The notes under the pieces were generated by a model, which worked only from the letters and a program-made list of their open reading frames with translations, did no database searches and was not told the DNA's origin. A DNA stretch of 64,000 nt, from the NCBI GenBank assembly GCA_010909165.1, contig VJWM01000178.1:1-64000 (forward strand), written 5' to 3'. A program made the position numbers and the translations under genes. This document shows positions 49,193 through 64,000 of the stretch, piece after piece (position 1 is the stretch's first letter; each line of letters starts with the position of its first letter). This DNA is from Anthoceros angustus. Lineage: Eukaryota; Plantae; Anthocerotophyta.

Positions 49193-50206
49193 TCAACTGG
49201 ATTGTCGTGGAGGTGGAGCCTCCAGGCCTTGGTATCGAAGTCTCTTTCTTCTCAAGATCGAATTCGTCAGCCAGTACAGGCCAAAGCAATGCCAACCCCT
49301 GTTGCAGTGCGTCTGCTGCCGAGCTTTCGACAAACGATAGCCGCTCCAAAACTTGCTCACCATTCCAAACATCAGGACTGGAGGCTTCGGATGTCAGACC
49401 TTTGAACTCGTTAATGCTTAGGCCCTGAAATGCCCAGCTGATGTCCCTGTGGCATCCATCTGAATATTTGGGGTGTGTATTCGGAGTCGACATAGTAGCC
49501 ACCGAAGACGTTGAAGACTGTCATGAGCGAATGGCCCAACTAGCTGCCATGGCCGCCTCCGAAGTGGGCACGATGGCTCCCACTGCCGATCCCATTGCAG
49601 TTGCTGCAGATGCCTCCACTGTCACAAGACCCGCAAATTCATTGTTGTGTTTGTAGCTGCCACCTGCAATAGCCCCATGCGATCTTGTATAGATTTCTGC
49701 AGGAGTCCCATCCCCAGAAGATAGAGCCGAAGATGATACCCGAGCTTATGGCCATACTACCCTTAATTATCCACCGAGTTCGGCAACTGGAGGTCGGACG
49801 CGAACGTCACGGTATCCCTCACAGTGAGCTGCGAGAAGAAGAGATCATCTTGCCTGACATACGCAACCTTGAGGCCCGAGTGAGCATCTGCAGCAGTACC
49901 GCAATTAATCGACACCAATCCACTCCAGCCGTTACGTAGCTTGCTGGAGCCAGCCAGCTGCCTCGCCAGCACATTCAGCTGAGACATTTCCGTGCACATC
50001 CTTGAGCAGATGCTTCACCGACTGACTGCCCTTGCTTGTCCACAAGGACGCAGCTCATCGCCTCCTCTCCAGGGTCACAGGCCTCTCAGAACTGCTCCGC
50101 CGCTCCCGCCTGGCCTTCCGAGCCCTTGCTTGAAGCCTCCTGCTCCCCCCGCCGCAAGCCCAGCGGCTCCTGCCGCCTAGCAGCCCAAGGCCATAGCCGC
50201 TCGCAT
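49193..50206 (-). pseudogene. ABCG7: ABCG7-like deleted fragment, copy 3
   Basis: Same motifs and deletions as copy 2. Confidence 0.8.
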
Positions 50207-51369
50207 GGCCCGTGCTCCAGCAGCCTAAGGACAAACAAGCCAAGCCAACGGCACACGGATTATGGTTTATTAGCTGACTACCAACACACGCAGCGCATTC
50301 ATGCCTCACCACATTCTCGTCACAAGTTCCTGCACTTCTCACCAACCGCTTGCTTCTCTTCAGCCTTCGTCATTCGCGCGCTGCCGCCAAGCCTAACCTC
50401 TACGCACAACAACTTTGTGCTTATAATTGTATACACGGAAATGGAGCCAATAGGACTTGCAGGAATGACATGCAACTTTCAGATTTTGATGATGAATCCA
50501 GCAGGGGAATGACATTTGTCCTCCTCTCACAGCCAACACTGCAATGTTCAGCCTTCTCCAGTTGGCGGTTTCGCTCCATCGCGTGCACAGGGATTGAAAA
50601 AGCATTTACCAAGGCATGGAAATGTACTTGGTACCAAAACGAAACTCTGGCATCAACATGCTCAGAACATGCCTCCTAACTTCCCAGCATATGCCGCACG
50701 GTTGTAACATGGAGCTCTGAGCGCGTGACGTAGCTCAGGGCAAGGTCCTGACTTTCCAGTCAGTCTTCGGGCCGGATCTCTTACAGATTTGCTCGAGATT
50801 TCACAAACCCACTAAAGCGAACCCATATAGGAGAGCATCCAACTAGGCATCAAAGAGTTGGGAGAGAAGACCACGTCAATTGTTGCTTTTAATAGGCATG
50901 TACGCATGTCTCTTGGGAGAGCATGAGATTTAGCTAGTAAGTTGGGACGTTTGTTCAGAGCCCTTTGAGCAGACCTGCTTTCACAACTTACTAACTAAAA
51001 CTCACCTCCCCATGCCCTGAGGGGCAGGCATTAGCCTTGGCTACTGTCGGAAACAATTACAGGGCCAGCTCGAATTCTGGCCCTAACGGTGTCAGCAAAA
51101 TCTTTAGCTCAGCCACTCTACCGGCCAGTGGCCAACAAAGTTGGCCGCAACTTGTTATTCACAGGGGCGTCCACAGACTGTTGCTTATCCGCCTGGCAGA
51201 GCCTCGCAGCATGCCTCTTGCCAAAAACACGATGACTGGAACCTTGCTCAGACCACGTACGTGGTCCGTCACTCATGTACAGGTGGGAAATTTTCCGCAG
51301 TATCCCTGAAAGACTGCAAAGAGAGATAGAGTTAACATCATGATCATTTGCCTCTTACCCCCTTCGGTG

Positions 51370-51623
51370 GCCGCAGGTGTACCGGGTCTTGGCCGCTTTT
51401 CCTCGCTCTCATTAGACTTTCTGGTATGAAGGTGAGCGGGTGTGGAGTGTTGTTCACAGTCGGGCATGGATGACACTGGGTGACGGTGGGTGGGAGCAGG
51501 TTGGGCTGGGGTGAGCTCCGTTTGTCCCAGCGCCTGTAGGACGCCCTCCAACTGGCGTTCCAGGCGGGCCTGGTTTTCCTCCAGGTTTGCTTCTACTCGA
51601 CTGATCGCTGTTTCCACCTCTCG
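51370..51623 (-). other. Unit-4-specific 254-bp GC-rich foreign patch replacing ~125 bp; open frame, possibly a retroelement ORF1/gag fragment
   Basis: Absent from units 1-3. Flanked by ccttcggtg and tccccaatcc shared with the normal unit. The minus frame reads ETAISRVEANLEENQARLERQLEGVLQALG...KRPRPGTP. Confidence 0.6.
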
Positions 51624-52511
51624 TCCCCCAATCCTAGAACATTAATCGTTTTGCTGCAGCCTCTAGCATGGTTAACTTCAAGACAAACCACACTCGTTAT
51701 CGCATCTAAATTACGGTCTGTTCTATAGGGTCCAAGGATTAGCTTCTAAATTACCCTTTGGACATACGTGCAAATTGATAGCATCGTAATGAACCTTGTC
51801 CAAGATCTTCCTTTCACATATCTAGAGTTCTATTGCAAGAATTGGTGGAATGATTTATTTGCCCTCATGCAAATCATATATGTTTCTTTTCTTTTAGGAA
51901 TATAGTCATTGTCCAATATTTTCCTCTTTGCCGTGACGGCTTTGTCTTCCAAGCTTAAGGCATATGGATGATCACTTTGTTATTGATCAAAAGCATGGCT
52001 AGGTGAACAAGCTTTGTCTTCCAAGGCATGTGGATGATCACTTTGTTATTGATCAAGAGCATGCCTAGGTTGTTCACCGAAAGAACTCTATAGGAACACT
52101 ACTTCTATGCGTGTTGCATATTTGAAATTCCACATAGACTCTACTACTATGCCTCTTGCGTGTTTGAAATTCCACAGAGGAACATATGTAGCTGTAGACG
52201 TTATGCTTTCAATATACTTGTGGAATTTACAATCAGTATATCACACATTGATGCTTTTGAACAGTGTCTAGGAAAAAACGGTTTAGACCACAAAGCCCTT
52301 TAAGGCTATAGGGGTTACACTTTGCGCACCCTCCCCAAACATGACACTTCGCCTATTTTAATTTTTAAATGTTTGGGTGCTGGGAGTACTCCCGTGAAAA
52401 TTGACAACAACCATAAAACTCAGGGACCGTAACAAGAAGATTGTTTAGGAGTGCGCGGTATACACCGACTTTGATTTATGCCAAAATCGGCATTTCTCCA
52501 CCTCGATCATG

Positions 52512-53348
52512 CTATTTTAAACAAAAAGAAAGATCGAGTCCACGAATGTCACATTCTCCATCATCCTCCTCTTCACCGAAATAGTCGCCTTGACATTCAT
52601 AAGTGAAAACGATCTTGATTGTTTGTTGTGGCGAGTCCGTTCTCATCCCATCACATCCGCCATCAATTCATTTGAGGGGCCGCTGTCTCTTTGAGTTCTT
52701 TGTGCCTGTCCTTCTTACCCATTAAGTCAGTAAACGCAACTTCCTCTTAGTGGTACCGTTAGTGCAAATTTCTTTTGCCCGAATTTTGAAACCCTCTTGT
52801 AAACTTCTCTGTTGTGGTCTTCTCATGATCGGAAGTTGCTCAAGGCTTCACCCTCATGGAATGTACATGGCACACCGGGTCATTTTCTATGGCCACAACA
52901 TTCCTCCCTCTTGATGGCGGCCCACTGGAAAAGTCGGACCGCGCAAGCATCTACCACCAGTCCTTCTCATTGCTTGAACATGTTAACGAGCATGCTCATC
53001 AATCCACTGTGGCTTTTGATATGGGCAAACCAACTGCTTGGCGGTGGTGAAAATGTTCACGGCGGTCCCTTGCCGGATAACTCGGGAAGAACATCGGTCG
53101 TAATCGCCTTTGCAAATAGAGAGGCCCCTGGCTCATTCGATATACTCCTACTCACGATGCTGATGAACTCCACAGCTCCACTATTCCTGTGTTCGGGGAA
53201 TATTTATTTTCCCCGGACCAAAGTTTGAATCGCTCCCTTCAGCACGGTGGCTTGAGCCTCCTCGCCAAGGACAGTCATCCATGCCATGCATAAGAATGAC
53301 TCTAAAAACATCGACGATGAGACCTCTTGGGCTGTTGCTTGAAATATC
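52512..53348 (-). pseudogene. 5'-truncated beta-class N4-C/N6-A DNA methyltransferase-like gene, copy 4 (cleanest)
   Basis: Frameshift-corrected reading: SPRGLIVMFLESFLCMAWMTVLGEEAQATVLKGAIQTLVxxKINIPEHRNSGAVEFISIVSR...KQLVCPYQKPxGLMSMLVNMFxNEKDWVVDACAGxxxFxVAAIxxGRNVVAIENDPVCAMYIPMRV, then an acidic tail DYFGEEEDDGE...LSFCLK*. Confidence 0.7.
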
Positions 53349-53349
53349 A

Positions 53350-54688
53350 AGCGCCAACTCGACGATCGTCATAAAACATGTTATATTGAATTATGAGAAT
53401 TTACTTCCAAATGTTTTGTATTTGCAACTCGACAACACGACACGTGAAAATAAAACGCCTGCTATTTGCCTACCTTAACATGTTGGTCTCATTGCCGCCT
53501 TTGAGAAGATCAAGGTAGGCTTCCTCCTTGTTGGGCACACCCATGATCGTAGACCAAATGTTCTCCAGTTTCGATTGTGCTAAGGCATAAGGAGGCTTTT
53601 ACCTTGCCCAAACTCACCTTTGTGTTGGAAAATGCTTATACTCCAAACCCAGATTGTATTGGTACAAGTTCACGATTTTAGAAGGTATGTTTGGCCCATC
53701 CTAATAGTAGGGCTGGCTACCAATGGGTAGCTGCGTAGTTGCACAACATCTCTTTTAGCATCAGTTCAAAATAACTCGAGAGGAGAGGAGGACCGCGGTT
53801 TCATTACGGTGATGCGAGGTAAACAATATTCAACAGATAATTCGATCCACCAATGAAGGCCTCGAGTTTCTTGAAGCATGTGCTAGAAGGACCAATTTTG
53901 CTGCCCCCAATGTCTTTGGAAGTAAGGAGCAAAAAGCACTTGAAGGAAGAGATCTTGAAAGGTTGTTATCGATTATCCGCCAAGTTGGAGGAGAAATTAA
54001 AAGACATTTTGGGCGGCGAAGATGTGTGGTGGGAATCGTTTTGGGAAGAACAAGAGGGCATTGTGGACATCATAAATTCAAGGTCCCTACGAGAATTGAA
54101 GAATCCTTGGCGATGGTATAATCGAGAAGAAGCGAGATCCTGCGGCATTACATTTACATTAGGATGTTGAAGTCCTTCCTCATCCATTGCTGCGAAGTGC
54201 CTCGATGAGACATGTATGTAGCTAGGTGCGATCCCTTGCAAGAATGATGCAACAAATCGTCCTTTTGGATTGCGAAGGTGCCTCACATAGATTTCGAGTC
54301 GAATCACCTTTCATGAAAGGTCACCGTGGGTGACACAAAACATAGATGCTTTTGAAGGAAGCTACATGGAAGAGATGATATTGCGGACGAAGTGCTTAGA
54401 GGGCGGTGTACAAGGCGTTGCGGTGAGCCACTAGGCGGTCAAGAAGAAGAATGTGCGATCGATCATTGCTGACACATTTGTTTGGCCTATCGGTTTGAAC
54501 TAACTCGAATTAAACAGCTGAAGGCCCAAACACATTCAATTATCAAGCAAAACCTTATGACGCTCCGCTCCGTGCAAGAAGATATGCCAATCCAGGAGAA
54601 CCAAGGCCGTGGAAGGGCGAACAACGACGATGATGTGGCTGTGAAGACGACACTTAGTGCCGCCCGAGAGGCCTTATCAATAGGATGA
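53350..54688 (+). mobile_element. 5'-truncated Sola/DUF7869-like transposase, copy 4
   Basis: ANSTIVIKHVILNYENLLPNVLYLQLDNTTRENK, FEKIKVGFLLVGHTHD.VDQMFS, ORF 53853-54170 (...WWESFWEEQE...PWRW), stop at 54688. Confidence 0.72.
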
Positions 54689-55649
54689 GGCCACATCTTC
54701 ATGGTAGTTGGCGACTACAGATCTTGCATTTGTCAAAGAACATGGTTTAAATGCCGGACAATAAATGAAGAACAATTGTGTTTTATTAAATAGCGAGAAT
54801 GGGTTTTGGCAAGGTCGCAAGATGATGAGGGTGGTGCATTTGTATACCGATGCTAGTGCGCATTTGCATCGCAGAACTTGCGGATATGATGACTTTGCAC
54901 CTTAAGAGTAGGATTTACATGATTTCGATGGGGTGCGTCGACATACCCTTAGCTTCATGTAAATCCTTTTCTTAACCGATTTACATGATTGTGACGTGGG
55001 TGGGCGGTATCAAGTACATGTACATGCGTACATGTACTTGGACGACACACATGAGTCGGAACATAATGGAAGGACATGAGGGATGTTGTAGAAATTTGTG
55101 CGGCTACATATCCCACATACATGTCCAAGTCGTCTCTCTCTTTGGAGTACATGTTACAGCTCATAGACCATCCCGCATGCGAGTAAATGGAATCCAGCCT
55201 TTGAAACCGTAAACAAGGTACGGGATTATCCTGACAATAAAATTTAGTTTTCATGACTTCCACCGCTCGGTTGGATTGAGGGTTGGCGATTCGTGGATCC
55301 AAGCATATAGGGCCATGGTTTTTGTATCTAATTTTTCACCGATTTTTACACGAAAAATTGGAATGTTTTGTAGAAAAGCCCAAAATAATGGAATACGTCG
55401 TTTTCCACGGACATTGTTTTCGGTACTAATTGACATGAATCGTGGATATCTATTGATACTACAATATATGAATTTCAAATCATCTAAGAATCCACATCTA
55501 ATTCCAAATTTGAATCACAAGTAACATCTTACATGTACATTCACGTACATCAAAGTGGATGCAACAATACAGGAGAAACCTAGAAAAAACTAACATACGG
55601 TGACATACTAACATTATGGAACACATATGGTACATATGTACCTAATGCG

Positions 55650-57172
55650 TTAGACTACATTGACAATCGTGGGAACTTGAGGTGCTCGCGTAGTGTTTTC
55701 TTCATTTGGAACAATCTTCTTCCAAAACCGATTTGCTCTCAAATGTGGTGCATGTCATCTATGTGAACACCATTAGTTTCCGCAAGAAGAAATAGATGAA
55801 GATAGTCATGATAAGTACCCAACTGCGAAGAAAAAGAATATGCCATCAAGATGACATAGCATGCTCAAAAGGCTTGGCGATTATGAACGTGAAGAGCATG
55901 TTCATAGAAACATTGATAGCTTGACTGTTGAACGAGTTTCCATGGGAAAAATCTCACTAGGAACAAGCCACCCAAGTGGTCCCTATGACCAAGCAAAAGT
56001 CTACATATGTGCAGATAACAATGATGACGCCAATCGCAGCACCGTGAGATAATTGTTTTGTACCACCAAATAAGCAAGCAAGAATGATGCCAATAATCAG
56101 CTGAGAGGTTATCATTTGTATGCCTCCCTGTAAGAACAATTTTCTTCGTCCAATCCTGTCCACCGTTGCTATAGAAACAAGAGTTGCTACGAAGTTAACA
56201 GCTCCTGAAATCACTGAGGAATAAAGAGATGCCTTGCTACCAAAGCCAATTGTCTGGAACAACACAGGGGCATAAAACATAATCGCATTTATTCCACCTT
56301 AATCTGAAACAAAGGAATAAGTAAAGTCATCACAAGTTGTGGACGATTTTTCCTTTCCAATATGCTCTTGTATGGTTTCTCCACAAGCTTGGATCGCAAA
56401 CTTGCTGCCGAATATCCTCAAACTCTTGCTCAACTTCAAAAGTTCAATGCCTCTAGTTCTACAAAGAACTCTCTTTCCGCCGCCAAATGACCTCTTTCAA
56501 TCAAACTGCTTGGTCCGGAAGGAAGAAGCTGCCTATCAACATCAACACCTGGGATGGCGCTAATCCAAGTGACCATTTCCAACCATTAGAAATTGTCGCC
56601 ATATGATAGTTGATGAGTCCAGCAACAAGGATACCTATAGTGATAGCCAATTGGAACATCATGTTCAAAGCTCCTCGTAGATTAGCAGGAGCCATTTCTG
56701 AGAGATATAGAGGAACTGACTGATTCCCAAACCCAACTCCTACTCCCAATAAAATTCTTCCAATAATCAGCATTTCTATGTTGACGGCAAATCCATTCAA
56801 AAGGGCACCACACAAGAAGCTGACAGCCCCAATGCGAATAGATGAAATCCTTCCATATTTTCTACTAATTGTAGATGCTACGAAGGAGGCCAAAAGAGCA
56901 GCGAGATAAAGAGACGATGTGAAAAATTGAAGAACGTGATTATCATATTTACAATAATCATCTTCATGTGCCAATTGTTTGCGGGCATAAACATTAGGAA
57001 AGAATTTCTTGAGGAAATCATCCATCCCAGTTACCCCACCAGATATACCAATGTCATATCCAAATATCAAGCCACCACTAGCGGCTACAATACAAGCTAT
57101 CAGCACAAACCAAGTGAGATGCCCAACATACTGTCTCCCATGACTTTCCACAACCGCACCCCCTCCAGCCAT
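55650..57172 (-). CDS. STP: STP sugar transporter, copy 4; intronless, ~1.52 kb / ~505 aa
   Basis: ORF 56501-57172 MAGGGAV...[22 protein letters not shown]...[37 protein letters not shown] 55957-56280 [15 protein letters not shown]...[14 protein letters not shown]. Confidence 0.9.
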
Positions 57173-59311
57173 GATTACAACTATGAGAGAGAATCTTTGT
57201 ACGGTTACACAATAGAATTGGAGAACTAGCTATGACGAGAGAGTCTTAATGAAGAAGTGTAATTGAGAACAAGTCAAACAACCTACAAATAGACCTCCTT
57301 TGAGGGACATATATAGTACATTCGAAAGGCGGTTTCTCGATCACTACAACATAATGTCGATGTAACATAATATTACCGAAAACTGCTATGTAAAAGAAAT
57401 GTTTATTTTGTCCATAAAAATGGTATGACTTTTCCAACTGAGTTAAAAGAATTATATAAGTATCCAATTAGGAAAAAAAAACCTCTCAAGTATTTACGCA
57501 ATCATATATATACAATATTTAGGTTTTTATAAGTAATATATGTATCCATGATCAGACTTGATGATTGATTGATTAATTTTGTTACAAGCTGCAGATCTCT
57601 CCTTAAGGAAAACCAACGTGCCCTATGCAAGGTAGGGGCTGAAAGCACCGTAACCTGAAGTATTTAGTAAAAAAACCAAATAGTGTAGTATGCTATTGCT
57701 AACCCATTCATGAGGAACTGGACCTTGTGCAATACTATTGACTCATAGAATTTGAAAGATGTCACAGCGTAGGAAAGTTTGAACATGAGCATAAATTTCG
57801 CCATGTCCTCCATGTAGCAATTGTATGCAGTGTATAAGCACCGAGAAACCCACAAGCCAATTATTGATTGTGTAGGGCTAAATTCCCTAGTGAGGTAGGA
57901 GCCGTGTTAACAAAGAAGCTGGAATTGTGGAATCACATATATATGTAGATCTTGCTGCAGCCTCCGATCCTTCTAACCCTTCAATGGACATGTCTTTCAA
58001 GGAAGCTATGGTCACATTAGACTTTCATACTTTACTAGCTTGTTCACCCCTTCAATGGACATGTCTTTCAAGGAAGCTATGGTCACATTAGACTTTCACA
58101 CTTTACTAGCTTGTTCACCCCTTCAATGGACATGTCTTTCAAGGAAGCTATGGTCACATTAGACTTTCATACTTTACTAGCTTGTTCATCTGCCTGTTGC
58201 ATTGCACGGCCGCGCTCTTGAGCGCACACCCGCCATCATACCTAGGACAATGGTATTGCCGGCTATCAGCATCGTGGATGCACACTCTCAGCTCACACCT
58301 TCGGCACCTGCGCCCTGGACAAGCCAGCTGCTGTCCATGAGATGCACACACATGGCGATCGGACAACCTACGTCTGAGCAAACTACCGTCCCTATGACCT
58401 ATTTGGAGGCAGCGTGAGGCACATCACTAATTTCCTATCTACTACTTATATCCTAGTTATCCTTGGGCTTTGGCAAAATGCCTCTATTTACCTATCTGTT
58501 GTATGTATTTATGTGCCTTACGCTTGCTTTATGTCTTAGGCTTTGGCAATTGCCCTTGGGCTTTGGCAATTGCTCTTGCTCTTCCCGCCTATATATACTA
58601 TATCTATGTAGGCCTATTGACAAAGGCCTATGTGTAATTTCTTCCGTAAAAGAAGAGTCCAAAAGTAGGTATATATATATATTGATTAAAATTCACTCTT
58701 AAAATGAATAATTGTATGCTATGTCTATATATGTGAGTATAAGTAGGTACTCTACATATCAAAGCTAAAGTTAGTCCATTAGCAAATGCAATCTGGTTAT
58801 TACATGCGGGAGCTGCCGATTTGGTAATGCAAAGGAACCTCTAACTATTTGAGGCGTCCTAACTAATAAAGGTGCTAACTATTTTATTCTTCAAAACGCT
58901 CCATGTCTCTCCACCTTGCCTGCCATCTAGAATCTCCAATATGGTGGTGCCTAACGTAATCTCGGTTATTACACGCAGGCAACTGCCGATTTGGTAATCC
59001 AAAAAGGAGGTGCTAACTATTTGAGGCGTCCTACCTGTTAGAGGTGCTAACTATTTCATTCTTCAAAACTGTCCTTTTCATGTCTCTCCATGTTCTTGCC
59101 TGGCATCTAGAATCTCCACTCCAGTGGTGCCCATTTGTGGTCGTAATGTAACGCAATTCCTCCGATGTTGGCTACAGGCTACAGGCTGCATCGGGCGGTG
59201 TGGGCGCTGTAATTGGGTGGTCTACTTGTTGCAGCCTGCCACTAATTGGAGATAAGGTTGTTAGGCCAGCGTTGCGTACGTAGTGAGAGCGATATCACCG
59301 GCTCAATGACC

Positions 59312-62581
<3,270 letters not shown>

Positions 62582-62912
62582 AGTAGTCTATCAATGTTGA
62601 AGTATATGCCAATGCCTAGTGGAGCAAGTTGACCACCCTTCATTCTGTCGCACCCAGAGGCTGCATGGACCCACAATTTGCCTCTAGTGCTCAGCTGTTG
62701 CATTTGCCCCAGGGAAAGTATGTAGGCCACTGAGATCTCTCAGGTTGACTTCATGGAGCCACAAAACTGTTTGGCATGTCCACAATTTAGTTTGTCCTCC
62801 ACAGCTGCATAACTTTGTTTGGAAGGCACCTACCGTACCTTGCCATTTTGGTGCATGTATGAATGTAAAACAACATGTATGAATGTTCCACTACCTACTA
62901 CCCTTCCTTTCC

Positions 62913-63921
62913 TCAACTGGATTGTCGTGGAGGTGGAGCCTCCAGGCCTTGGTATCGAAGTCTCTTCTTCTCAAGATCGAATTCGTCAGCCAGTACAGGC
63001 CAAGCAATGCCAACCCCTGTTGCAGTGCGTCTGCTGCCGAGCTTCCGACAAACGATAGCCGCTCCAAAACTTGCTCACCATTCCAAACATCAGGACTGGA
63101 GGCTTCGGATGTCAGACCTTTGAACTCGTTAATGCTTAGGCCCTGAAATGCCCAGCTGATGTCCCTGTGGCATCCATCTGAATATTTGGGGTGTGTATTC
63201 GGAGTCGACATAGTAGCCACCGAAGACGTTGAAGACTGTCATGAGCGAATGGCCCAACTAGCTGCCATGGCCGCCTCCGAAGTGGGCACGATGGCTCCCA
63301 CTGCCGATCCCATTGCAGTTGCTGCAGATGCCTCCACTGTCACAAGACCCGCAAATTCATTGTTGTGTTTGTAGCTGCCACCTGCAATAGCCCCATGCGA
63401 TCTTGTATAGATTTCTGCAGGAGTCCCATCCCCAGAAGATAGAGCCGAAGATGATACCCGAGCTTATGGCCATACTACCCTTAATTATCCACCGAGTTCG
63501 GCAACTGGAGGTCGGACGCGAACGTCACGGTATCCCTCACAGTGAGCTGCGAGAAGAAGAGATCATCTTGCCTGACATACGCAACCTTGAGGCCCGAGTG
63601 AGCATCTGCAGCAGTACCGCAATTAATCGACACCAATCCACTCCAGCCGTTACGTAGCTTGCTGGAGCCAGCCAGCTGCCTCGCCAGCACATTCAGCTGA
63701 GACATTTCCGTGCACATCCTTGAGCAGATGCTTCACCGACTGACTGCCCTTGCTTGTCCACAAGGACGCAGCTCATCGCCTCCTCTCCAGGGTCACAGGC
63801 CTCTCAGAACTGCTCCGCCGCTCCCGCCTGGCCTTCCGAGCCCTTGCTTGAAGCCTCCTGCTCCCCCCCGCAAGCCCAGCGGCTCCTGCCGCTAGCAGCC
63901 CAAGGCCATAGCCGCTCGCAT
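62913..63921 (-). pseudogene. ABCG7: ABCG7-like deleted fragment, copy 4
   Basis: ORF 63481-63717 is identical to copies 2 and 3; WAFQGLSINEFKGL...GEQVLERLSF is present. Confidence 0.8.
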
Positions 63922-64000
63922 GGCCCGTGCTCCAGCAGCCTGGGACAAACAAGCCAAGCCAACGGCACACGGATTATGGTTTATTAGCTGACTACCAACA

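Overview
Eukaryotic land-plant DNA. Short GT-AG introns and GC-rich codons suggest a compact seed-free plant genome such as a lycophyte or bryophyte (inference). The consensus is noisy and indel-rich, as expected from long reads. Bases 1-7050 hold Ty3/Gypsy (Athila/Tat-like) LTR-retrotransposon sequence: a candidate ~4.5-kb TG...CA LTR (2583-7050, minus) containing coding-like sequence, a PBS, a truncated gag, and an inverted second copy (1-1965) that abuts the broken gag. Bases 7051-64000 are a head-to-tail array of about 4 copies of a ~13.5-kb unit. Each unit carries, in order: (i) a previously unannotated, 5'-truncated beta-class N4-cytosine/N6-adenine DNA-methyltransferase-like gene (minus) joined head-to-head to (ii) a 5'-truncated Sola/DUF7869-like transposase (plus); (iii) an intronless STP hexose transporter (minus); (iv) an 8-exon CDC48/p97 gene (plus); (v) an internally deleted ABCG7-like fragment (minus). 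Units 2 and 3 carry extra microhomology-bounded internal duplications, and unit 4 carries a foreign 254-bp patch. The most interesting signal is the bacterial-type amino-MTase fused to a DNA-transposase remnant, which suggests a plant DNA transposon carrying a DNA methyltransferase. Many frameshifts are probably sequencing errors, so gene versus pseudogene status cannot be settled from this sequence alone.
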